In this document: piece by piece, positions 1-10,736 of the stretch
How the letters are laid out: each line of letters opens with the position of its first letter
How positions within the stretch are numbered: position 1 is the stretch's first letter
From: Eledone cirrhosa
Lineage: Eukaryota
Assembly: GCA_964016885.1 (NCBI GenBank)
Contig: OZ024744.1
Location: 106,950,001-107,014,000, forward strand
Direction of reading: 5' to 3'
DNA length: 64,000 bases
The notes under the pieces: generated by a model
Database searches by the model: none
What the model was told of the DNA's origin: nothing
The model's input: the letters and a program-made list of their open reading frames with translations, nothing else
Program-made: the position numbers and the translations under genes

Positions 1-78
1 AATCAAGCCAAAATCAGTTCCCGTCCCACCCTTGCAAGCAGGGAAAAGCGGACGTAAAATGATGATGATGATGATGAT
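1..78 (+). mobile_element. 3' end of SINE family A
   Basis: aatcaagcca...cccacccttgcaagcagggaaaagcggacgtaaaa(tga)n, the same tail as full copies elsewhere in the window. Confidence 0.85.
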
Positions 79-1252
79 ATGTTAGCGTGGAGGATAGACG
101 TTAAATGATGATGATGATATATATATATATATATATAAATATATATATACATATCAAAAAAGTTTTTAAAAACAGGAATGTCTGGGATGCATGTGTGTCC
201 ATTCGTGTGTGTGCGGGTGCAGATATGCTTTCAGTTGTGTATAATTTTGCGTGTATGTATACGTGTGTGTGCATGGGTATGTCTGAGCGTGTGTTTGTTC
301 TCATATGTGCCATGTGATAGTAGATCACTGGGTATAACCGTCCGGTTGAGCGCTCAACAAGCCAACAGGCTAAGCTAGTTTTTAAAACTTTTTTTACAGT
401 CCCAACATGTTTTGATTTCTTTACACGGGACCCCCAACCCTCTCCCTTCAGCCCACACTGTAATGTGGTTGGTGTTAGGAAGGGCTCCAGCCATAGAAAA
501 CCTGCCAGAAACACCCCTATAAGAGCGAGACACGGTCACCCGGCACAATTTGCCTCAAAATAGGACCCATCTAACCCATGCTAGCGAGGAAGATGGACAT
601 TAATTGATGATGATGATGATGATAAGAACCATAATAGTGGTTCACTGGGATATATCAGATAGTCTGCCAAGGCATTCACTCTTTTCTATTCACTTTCCTT
701 TTCTTTTCTTCTGGTTCACTCATCTACCTGTTTGTTCATTCATATTAGTTCCTGTTTATTCATTTATTATTTTTTTTTATTTTTTATTATTATTTTATTT
801 TAGTTTTTTATTATCTTTGTATTATTTTATTTTATATTTTTATCTCACTCTTGTATTTTTTTCTATTTTTATTCTTTATTTGTTTATTCCTTATCTTTAT
901 ACTAACATCTATTTAATTACGCAGCCACTGATTTATACATTTATTTATTTATTTCTTGTACATTCTTGTAATCTTCTAAGGCTTCGTAGCCTAAAACCAT
1001 AGACTTCTTATAGACAGGCTGTCGCGCATGAATGGAATCCCTACCAGACCAGCATAATTTACCATCTTCACCAACTGGTGACAGTAGACGTTGCTGAATT
1101 CTAGGTCGCCTACCCACTGGGATTTGTCCAAACACTATTTAACATGATAAAATAGACGATAACACATTTCTAACAAAGTCTGTGGCAGCCTAAAATAACA
1201 AATCGGGTGTTTAACAATTCAACAACATTTGGACATGTCTACATTTGAGAAC

Positions 1253-1343
1253 ACATATCTGAGGCGCTTCTGATTCCAGAGTCAGGAATGAACATAATAG
1301 ATCATTCCTCGAGCTGATCAACAGTGAAACACATGTAATATGT
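1253..1343 (+). ncRNA. Degenerate type I hammerhead-like motif with long stem II
   Basis: Stem I acatat/atatgt; core CTGAGGC (consensus CUGANGA); stem II includes aggaatga/tcattcct; GAAAC-acat-GTA with a palindromic minimal stem III. Confidence 0.5.
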
Positions 1344-1394
1344 AATTAAATATGTATATGATGCAACACTGATACTTTGTTCCCTATTTATTAA

Positions 1395-1499
1395 CATTAG
1401 TGCCTTTCATCCTTACGGGGTCGATAAAATAAAGTACCAGTAATGCACTGGTGAATTGCTGGCCTTGTGCCAAAAGTAGAAACAATTATTATTATTATA
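1395..1499 (+). mobile_element. 3' half of SINE family B
   Basis: gcctttcatccttacggggtcgataaaataaagtaccag...ggccttgtgccaaaagtagaaacaatt(att)n; reverse complement of the copies at 7575-7995. Confidence 0.8.
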
Positions 1500-1504
1500 T
1501 ATAT

Positions 1505-1780
1505 ATGTGTGTGCAGGAGAGAAGGCTGAGATGGTATGGACATGTGATGTGTATGGAGGATGACCGCTGGGTAAAGAAATGCCAAGAAATACCACTAGAA
1601 GGAAGATGTAGTAGAGGTAGACCACGTAAAACATGGGCCGAGGTGGTGAGAGCAGACCTCAGATCGCTGAAACTCACCGAGGAGATGACGAAGGACTGTG
1701 ACAAGTGGAGAGATGCTGTGCTGAATAGGACCCATCCAACCCTTGCAAGCAGGGAAAAGCGGACGTAAGATGATGATCAT
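1505..1780 (+). mobile_element. RTE LINE 3' fragment with short 3' end
   Basis: ERRLRWYGHVM...GRCSRGRPRKTW, followed directly by the tail cccttgcaagcagggaaaagcggacgtaa(gat)n. Confidence 0.9.
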
Positions 1781-2406
1781 GATATATATATATGACAAGC
1801 TTCAGCACAATTTCTGAGTACCAAATTTAACTCACAGTGTATTTGTTATAATCACCATCATCATCATCATCGTTTAATGTCCATTCTCCACGCTAGCATA
1901 AGTATTAATTTCCAAAATATTATTTTTGCCAACAGAAACATTCCCAAAAAACCTAATGGCAATTGTTAGCAACTCTCAAAGGAATGGGGAAGGTAATAAA
2001 AAAAAAATTTAGGCATTTAAGTTAAATTACAAGTAAGGGACAACTATGACCATGTTTCATTCTATTATACCTCATCAGTTTAGTGAAATCTACTCAAGAG
2101 TTGATAAAGATATTTAAATATAGAAAAAGATAAGAATAATTTTTGGTCACTATAATAATAAAAAATGAGCTAAGGGAAATAACTCGAATAGACCAATGAC
2201 ATGAATCTGGAGTAAATGAAAGGATTTTGTACTGAATGCTGTAGGCAAAAAAAAAAAAATGAATTCAAATTTCCCCCTAAGTTGGATAAAAGAAAACATT
2301 TGATGCAATTGTTAGTAAAAGAAAGAGAAAGATAATTTGAATAAATTAACAATGAACTTCTGAAAGTTGATTTACATGGAAGGGGAAAATCTTTCAATGA
2401 TCTTAC

Positions 2407-2569
2407 CAGACTGGTCAACAATGGTAGCTTCTGCTGCTTGACCATATAAGTCTATTACTCCATAGACATTCTCAGGAACATTAGTGGCTGCCATACCTTG
2501 GTCAACATGGTTTACAAAGAAATGTAAGGAACCATCACTTTTCCGCATAACACCAACATGGTCCTTAAT
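2407..2569 (-). CDS. NEURL4: NEURL4 exon (end of NHR3)
   Basis: ttttttag|ATT...TCT G|gtaaga; 163 nt; [54 protein letters not shown]. Not called by the ORF track. Confidence 0.95.
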
Positions 2570-3079
2570 CTAAAAAACAAAACAAAAACAAAGGAATTAT
2601 TTAACATTACCCTAAACAGATTTTTTGACACAACAACAAATATTTTAAGTTAATTTTCCTTACTAAAGCTAAAAGTTAGTCATATGGACCACATATAGGA
2701 TTCTTACCCATCTTGGGACTGTTTTGGGAGCAAGGATTTACAGCCAGATATCCTTTCTAGTTCCAATCCTTTTAATCATCTTTTATAGGTGTGATCCAAG
2801 TAAACACACCTGCCCATAATATATACTTGTAAATCAGAGCTGAAGAGCTGAGAGAAGGTACTTGCCTAAGCAGTCAAGGCAACCATAGTTTTTTTGGGGG
2901 GTCCATGAGTAGCCCTCAAAAGTCTCCTCAATATTAAAGAATACTCATTATAATCTTATTGTTACCTCCTTTTTTTATTTTCATACCTATTTACAGGCAC
3001 CCCCAGCCCCAACCCCCACAAACAATGTTTTGTCCTGTGCCATCTTTTCTTCATGTAAACCTTTTGTAGTCAATAAAGA

Positions 3080-3840
3080 AATTACAGTAGCCAGAGTGAA
3101 AATGGGATGGAGAAAGTTCAGGGAGCTACCACTACTAGCTACAAAGGGTTTTCTCCTTAAAATGAAAGGCAGAATGTATGATGCATGTTTATGAACAGCA
3201 ATGTTATATGGAAGTGAGACCTGGACATTGTACACAGAGGCCCTATGAAGCTTACGTGTTCCAATGGATGTGTAACAGTAATGTGCATGAACAGCAAAGG
3301 ATCAAAGAACTGAGAGAAAAACTAGGAATATAAGGGATCAGATACAGGGTACAAGAGAGGAGATTGTGATGGTGGTGGTATGGACATGTGATGTGTATGA
3401 AGGATGACAGCTGTATAGAAAGGTGTAGGACACACAAAGTTGATGGAAACAATGGAGTAGGAAGACCTAGGAAGGCTTGGGATGACATGATAAAAGCTGA
3501 CCTTGCACAATTAAACCTCACAAAGGAGATCTCTGGCATCATGCTGCCCAACCCATGCATACAAGCACAAATGTTGGACACATTCCACATCTCATCTCCC
3601 ACAATGCTGTTGCCACAACAAAAAGCATCTAGTTCTTCCTGTAAGGAGGTTGTGTTGGAGACATGAGAAAAAGCATCCAGTCTGTAATGTGGTTGATGTT
3701 AGGAAGGGCATCCAACCATAGAAATGAAGCCAAAATACAGATATGTATGAGCAAGACATATGAACCTGACTTGTCTCATAATGTGACAACCTCTCTAATT
3801 CTTGCAAGTGTGGAAAATGGATGTTAAATGATGATTGCAC
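3080..3840 (+). mobile_element. Degenerate RTE LINE 3' fragment
   Basis: GWRKFRELP..KGFLLKMKGRMYDAC..AMLYGSETW..YGHVM..GRPRKAW, then a degenerate 3' UTR and tail. Confidence 0.85.
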
Positions 3841-4114
3841 AGTGATGATCTTATTAATACCAGATCATTTAATTGACTCCATATCAAGTTATATACCTCA
3901 AATAGACAATACTTTCTGCAGGATGTTTGCTGTTCCCAATTATTATTATTATTACTTTTGTCACGCAGTGTAGATGGAAAAGCACCGGTGTATTTATTCA
4001 GCTGTTGGTCACAACAAGGGCCTCAGACAGATAATACTTTCCTTGTATGACAACAACGTTGCATGATATTCCCAAATACTTTAAGAAGTCTTGCCCCAAT
4101 CACAATATATGATG

Positions 4115-5830
4115 TACACAATGTAAAAAATGGGTACATAAGAGATGTAGTGGAATGTCAAGCAGAATAACAGAAAAACTAGACTTTGTAGGAGATGTAC
4201 AGAGGTAGATAGTAGTAAAAGCTCAGTATAATAAGCTTTCTGTAATCATGGGAAGGATCCACAGGTGTAGATAGCTTCTGTTACATAGGTGACCAAATTA
4301 GTAGTGAAGGAGGTTGCTATGAATGTAAGAAAAGGCTGGAAAATGTTCAGAGAACTACAGCCTCTGTTAACAACAAAATGTTTGGAAAAAGTTCAGAGAG
4401 CTTATACCACTATTAGCCGCTAGAGGGTTCTCCCTAAAAATGAAAGGCAGGTTATACGATGCCTGCATACGAACAGCAATGCTGCATGGCAGTGAGACCT
4501 GGGCATTGTGTGCAGAGGATATACGCAGACTAGAGAGGAACGAAGCTTGCATGCTCCGCTGGATGTGCAATAGTAATATACGTGAACGGCAAAGCATAAA
4601 CGAACTAAGGAAAAAATTAGAAATAAGAGGGATCAGATGTTGTTTACTCGAGAGAAGGCTACGTTGGTACAGTCACGTGATGCGCATGAAAGACGACAGC
4701 TGTATAACAAAGTGCAGGGCAATAAAGATAGACGGTAGCCACGGAGTAGGCAGACCCAGAAAAACATGGGACGAGCTGATAAATTCCGACCTCACACGCT
4801 TACACCTCTCCAAGACAATGTCACTGGACCGAGACCTTTGGCGGTACTCAGTAATAGAGAAGACCCGCCTTACCTAAATACAAAGTAAAAACCTACTACA
4901 GTCAGTAGGCATCTCTATCAAAACACCCCCCCGTCCCACTACCCCCACTCCATCCAAACCACCCTTTCAAAGTTATGTTGGTCCCACAACATCCAGGCCG
5001 AAACAAATGAGATCGTGTAGGTGTCACGACAAAAAAACACACAGTCCACGCTGTAAATGTGGCCGTGTAGGCAACACGGTAAAAACCTCCCAGCCCCACA
5101 CTGTAAATGTGGTTGGTGTTAGGAAGGGCATCCAGCTGTAGAAAACCCGCCAGACAGTCCACGCTGTAATGTGGCCGTGTAGGCAACACGGTAAAAACCT
5201 CCCAGCCCCACACTGTAAATGTGGTTGGTGTTAGGAAGGGCATCCAACTGTAGAAAACCCGCCAGACAGTCCTATGCGAGCAAGACAACCACTCTTGCCT
5301 CAAGTGGGAAAACCCCCGTCCAAACCCATGCAAGCGTGGAACACGGACGCTAAACCTGATGATGATGATGATGATGATGAAATGAAAAGCTGGCAGTATG
5401 ATGCCAGTGTGCAAAGTGTGATGTTGCATGGTAGTGAAACAGGGGCAGTAAATATAGAATATTTACAGAAGGCTGGAGAGAAATGAAGCAAGCATTGGAT
5501 AATGGATGTACAATGTTGATGTAGATGAATGGTAAAGCATGGTTGGGCTGAGAGAAAAACTGAGTCCATGAGTAATTAGATGAGGTATGCAAGAAAACAG
5601 ACTGCATTAGTATGAACACATCATGTGTATAATGATGATTGTTGGATAAAGAAGTACTAGGTCTTCAAATTGGAATGCAGTTGCAATAGAGGAAGACCAA
5701 GGAAGAATTAGGCAGAAGTGGTGACACCAGATCTCAAAATGCTGAAATTAATAGCAAAGAGGAATGCAATAGGTGATGGGAGACTGAGCTGGAAAAGACC
5801 TCCTCAAGCATGGAAAAGCAGACATAAAAA
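4115..5830 (+). mobile_element. Young RTE LINE 3' fragment (about 4381-5380) nested in an older RTE fragment
   Basis: The young part has the open ORF MKGRLYDAC..HGSETW..RLRWYSHV..GRPRKTW, a 3' UTR with two 112-bp modules and a (GAT)n tail. Degenerate RTE sequence lies on both sides. Confidence 0.9.
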
Positions 5831-5906
5831 TTAAGATATGCGTGTCATCATCATCATTTTTACATCCACTATTCCATACTGGCATGGGTTGGACAGGTCA
5901 TTTTAA

Positions 5907-6108
5907 CCCTTTAGCATTTAAACTGTCCATATCTGGTCAGAATTCTCTCACCTCTTTCTGTTCAAACCAGCTGTAACTGGCCCCTCATACTGATGTTAAG
6001 GTATTGTTCTCAAAGTAAATAATATCAAAATCTCATAGCTTCGATATGTGAGATAATTTTACCATTAAAATACAGTAGTATATATAGAGTAATGTAAATG
6101 GTAAAGGG
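5907..6108. mobile_element. piggyBac-like MITE
   Basis: TTAA|CCCTTTA...TAAAGGG|TTAA terminal inverted repeats with TTAA flanks; homologous to 46075-46294. Confidence 0.8.
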
Positions 6109-6208
6109 TTAATACAGTGTTTTACAGCCTGGTGCCCTTTCTGAGACTAATCCTTTTAGATAATATTTACAACAGAAATATGGTGCACCTATTGTAAACC
6201 AGATACAC

Positions 6209-7139
6209 ACAGTAACAACAGTGATAACAACAACAACAGTAACAAGTGATAACAACAACAACAACAGTAACAACAGTGATAACAACAACAACAGTAACAA
6301 CAGTGATAACAACAACAACAGTAACAACAGTGATAACAACAACAGTAACAAGTGATAACAACAACAACAACAGTAACAACAGTGATAACAACAACAACAG
6401 TAACAACAGTGATAACAACAACAACAGTAACAACAGTGATAACAACAACAACAACAGTAACAACAGTGATAACAACAACAACAGTAACAACAGTGATAAC
6501 AACAACAGTAACAACAGTGATAACAACAACAGTAACAAGTGATAACAACAACAACAACAGTAACAACAGTGATAACAACAACAACAGTAACAACAGTGAT
6601 AACAACAACAACAGTAACAACAGTGATAACAACAACAACAGTAACAAGTGACAACAACAACAGTAACAAGTGATAACAACAACAGTAACAACAGTGATAA
6701 CAACAACAACAACAGTAACTGATAACAACAACAACAGTAACAACAGTGATAACAACAACAACAACAGTAACTGATAACAACAACAGTAACAACAGTGATA
6801 ACAACAACAACAACAGTAACAGTGATAACAACAACAACAGTAACAACAGTGATAACAACAACAACAACAGTAACAGTGATAACAACAACAGTAACAACAG
6901 TGATAACAACAACAACAGTAACAACAGTGATAACAACAACAACAACAGTAACAGTGATAACAACAACAGTAACAACAGTGATAACAACAACAACAGTGAT
7001 AACAACAATAACAACAATAGTAACAACAGTGATAACAACAACAATAACAACAGTAGTAACAAGTGATAACAACAACAATAACAACAGTAGTAACAATAAC
7101 AACAACAGTAACCACAACAGTAAGAACACTAACAACACT

Positions 7140-7170
<31 letters not shown>
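6209..7170. repeat. ACA-based cryptic minisatellite (acagtaacaacagtgataacaacaaca-type units)
   Basis: Direct inspection; source of the spurious Thr/Asn/Cys/Leu ORFs. Confidence 0.95.
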
Positions 7171-7194
7171 GGAGGCTAAAATAGTGTCGGTCAC

Positions 7195-7462
7195 CTTCAG
7201 CCTGTCCAAGCTCTGTCCATACTCGTCCATTACAGTTGTTCCATTATGCATGACACCATTTGAAGTCATCATCCATGTACCAGACCGGACATTGGTCATT
7301 GTTGGAGGAAACTCCAGACTTGTTGGTGAATGTGTTGTCACTCCAATTTCAATGGAACCAGCCCATTTGTCTATCATCTTGTCAATACGTACTTCGAATA
7401 ACTCGTTAGCTTTTAGTGGACGATTAGTCAAAACCACCCCATAATTGAAATCTTCATGAGCA
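7195..7462 (-). CDS. NEURL4: NEURL4 exon (NHR3 core)
   Basis: aatag|T GCT...AAG|gtgacc; 268 nt; [44 protein letters not shown]...[29 protein letters not shown]; phase 2 to 0. Confidence 0.96.
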
Positions 7463-7484
7463 CTATTAAAGAAAATAAAGAAAT

Positions 7485-7547
<63 letters not shown>

Positions 7548-7564
7548 GTGGTACTAACTTTCTT

Positions 7565-7995
7565 AATAATAATAATAATAATTGTTTCTACTTTAGGCAC
7601 AAGGCCAGCAATTACCCCCGCAGTACAACATTACTGGTGCTTTATTTTATCATCGACCCCCCACCCCCGTAAGGATGAAAGGCAAAGTTAACCTCGGCAG
7701 GATTTGAATTCAGACCATAAAGGGACGTAACTCTGTGCTGCAAAGCATGGCGTCCGACCCTCTACCGATACTGCCAATCCACCGCCATAACTTTCTTAAT
7801 AATTGTTTCTACTTTTGGCACAAGGCCAGCAATTATCCCAGTGCATTACTGGTACTTTATTTTATCGACCCCGTAAAGATGAAAGGCAAAGTCAACCTCG
7901 GCGGGATTTGAACTCAGACCATAAAGGGACGTAACTCTGTGCTGCAAAGCATGGCGTCCGACCCTCTACCGATACTGCCAATCCACCGCCCTTGA
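7565..7995 (-). mobile_element. Two tandem copies of tRNA-derived SINE family B
   Basis: Minus strand ggcggtggattggcagtatcgg (A box)...gagttcaaatcc (B box)...cctttcatc..ggggtcgataaa...tagaaacaatt(att)n, repeated twice head to tail. Confidence 0.85.
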
Positions 7996-9074
7996 CTTTC
8001 TTAATAATGCCTATGTTTTAACAAGTTTTCGCAAATAGGCTTTCAAAGGTGAAGATTACAATTATGTTCATCAGATTTATCATAAAAGGAAAGTTTGTTC
8101 ATTTTAATTTTTTTTTAATTTAAGCATTCTTTAACTACAATTCCCCTACAGAGTGCATCAGGCGTATTTTATTATTGTACTAGCATTTGGAAAATTGTGT
8201 CTTTGACACAGCTGAAGAGTTCTCTCAGTTCTTTGTTTGGCAAGCTTTCCACAAGTGGATGCCCATTATAGAGGGTACTGGGTACATTTTTCATGACACC
8301 AGCACTTGTTATTCAACTGAAGGGTCATTTCTGTCCTGTGAGGGGAGAGCAGAAGCATGACAACTATGATGTCATGAGCGTATGACAAGTGTGGTGGGAT
8401 TTGACAGGGTGACGGATAGGGAGAGGAGTGATCTTTGATAGTGTTGGAGGTACTGTGATGATGAGAACTAAGGAGTTATGACTGGTATATTAAGATTTAA
8501 GAAGGGGTGGGGTGATCCTGGATAGAGTAGGGGTGAGGTGGAATGGGGCAAGTCACATCTTTTATGCTAGAAGGCATGTCGTCTGAGTGGACTGAGTGCT
8601 TTTTTGTTATGTCACCAGCATGACCACATTAGAAGGTGGACAAGGTCCTTTTTGTTGTGTCACCAGCACAACCACCTTACAGATGGACTGGGTGCTTTTG
8701 TTTAAGTTGGTGATGGTGGGGGGAAATATTAAGATTGGGGAGGGTGTGTGGGAGGAAAAGAAGGGGAAGATTGGTACAGACTTGTGTCTTCTACATGTTT
8801 GTTTCATCCTGTGTACATGGAAAGTGGGTCTTCTGCAGTACAATATAATACCAGAGATCTCAATCCAGTGTCATCGCCTTTGATACGTTTAATTGTGCAA
8901 GGTTAGCTTTTATAACTTCATCTCAAGCTTTCCTAAGTCTTCCTCTTCCATAGTTTTCATCGACATTGACTACCCTTGCACCTTTTTATATAGCTGTCAT
9001 CCTCCATACATTATTATTACTGGTTTATATCCAATCTTTTGGACTTTCCTGTATATACTGACAGGACCATCAAA

Positions 9075-9330
9075 ACTAATAGAGACCAGATATTATTATA
9101 AAAGACCAACACAACAAGGTCTGTTTATTGATTGGCACGAGCATCCCATGTAATGACAACATTGCAGCAAAAGAATTTCAGAAGCTCAGAAAATGTAAAA
9201 TTTGGCATTTCAAGGTGGTTACCACACCAGTGATTGTAGGAGCACTAGGAATGGTAAAAAAAGGAACAGAACACCATTTTAGAATGATCCTTAGCCATCA
9301 CTGCAAGAAGAGTAAAATATTGTTTGCAGG
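9075..9330 (+). mobile_element. Fragment of an RLE-type (R4/NeSL/CRE-like) non-LTR element C-terminus
   Basis: RPDIIIKDQHNKVCLLIGTSIPCNDNIAAKEFQKL...WHFKVVTTPVIVGALG resembles the PD-(D/E)xK restriction-like endonuclease region. Confidence 0.7.
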
Positions 9331-9954
9331 GAAAGGAAAAACACAATCTAAACTATAATAAAGTAAGGAGTGTGGGACTGCATACGGTTTATAATTTTTT
9401 TATCCCATTAGTAAAATAAGTTGAATTACTTGGAATAAATAATGAATGAATATTACATAAATTATCTACTAAATTTCGTTATTCTTGGTTAAATATAAAT
9501 AATATTGTTGCTTATTTTAAGATTCACTTCTTTAAAATTTTCAAATGTCAACACTTCCGGTTAGCGATCGCTTAAATAAACACTCATATATTTCCGTCAC
9601 TAATTTTCTCCTAATGCAGTTTATATATAATATCGTCTTTGTTTAATGTATCATGGATTACGTTACTGATTACAAAAGACAGTGTAACACAGACTTCGTT
9701 CAATTTCTATGTATTATATATTGTCAATTACGATTTTATTTGATGTGTCACATCTACATGTATATATACTTGCGTATAATATCAATATACACACTACACA
9801 TGCTAGCAGAAAACTACCCGAAGGCTGGTTTTTCTGCTAGTAATAATAATTGTTTCTACATTAGGCACAAGGCCAGCAATTACCCCAGTGCATTACTGGT
9901 ATTTTTTAATAATAATAATAATAATAATATATATAATGTGAAAAGAATAATTAC

Positions 9955-10039
9955 TTGGGTCGAAAGGCTGTCTTTTGGCCATTGATTACTGAAGCATGGA
10001 ATCCACAATACGGATGGAACAATAATTTATCTCCTTGCT
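9955..10039 (-). CDS. NEURL4: NEURL4 exon (start of NHR3)
   Basis: ttttgcag|AG...CCC AA|gtaatt; 85 nt; (E)QGDKLLFHPYCGFHASVINGQKTAFRP(N); phase 1 to 2 fits both neighbours. Not called by the ORF track. Confidence 0.93.
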
Positions 10040-10131
10040 CTGCAAAAAAAAAGACCATTATTTTAGTATGTCAACACCCAATCATAAACACACACACACA
10101 CATATATATGTGTGTGTGTTTATATATACAT

Positions 10132-10478
10132 GGAGGCACATGGCTTAGTGGTTAGAGCATTGGCCTTGCAATCGAAAGGTTGCGAGTTCAATTCTCAGAC
10201 CAGGTGATGTGTTGTTTCCTTGAAGCAAGACACTTTATTTCACATTGCTCCAGTTTACTCAGCTGTAGAAATGAGATGATAGGGACTGGGGTCGCTATCA
10301 TTCCACTGCAAAGTGGTCGTGGAGGTGCCATGGCAAAAAGGCACCCAGCACTCACTGTAGATGAGGTTGGTGTTAGGAAGGGCATCCAGCTGTAGAAATC
10401 AAGCCAGAATCAGTTCCCGTCCCACCCTTGCAAGCAGGGAAAAGCGGATGTAAAAATGATGATGATGATGATGATGAT
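10132..10478 (+). mobile_element. Full-length tRNA-derived SINE family A with RTE-like tail
   Basis: A box tggcttagtgg, B box gagttcaattc, central cttg(a)agcaagacacttt..cagctgtagaaatgag, tail shared with RTE and (TGA)n. Confidence 0.9.
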
Positions 10479-10736
10479 ACAGACATATATATATATATAC
10501 ACATAGATAAATAAATATTGTTTAGAAATTCCCACTCTTCAGCTGCTGGCGGTGGGTCGCTGATGTTTCAACACATTAAAGACTGTCTTTAATACATCAG
10601 GGACCCACTATCTAATTTCATATTCTCCGCTGTTTGTAAACAAAAGCTGGTAAAGCTTTGTATCTTATATATATGTATTCATACATTATGATTATATAGT
10701 TTCAAATTTAATGAAAATTTGTGTGAGTGGCGTATT

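Noticed and set aside
941-1135. 64-aa minus-strand ORF as the next NEURL4 exon
   Set aside because: No NHR4 similarity or convincing splice sites; more likely repeat-derived.
6109-7184. Long Cys/Leu/Thr/Asn-rich ORFs
   Set aside because: Translations of an ACA-based repeat within a NEURL4 intron.
10180-10395. Recurrent small ORFs such as MPFLTPTSFTVSAG...
   Set aside because: Chance translations of SINE and LINE 3' UTR copies, repeated because the elements are repeated.
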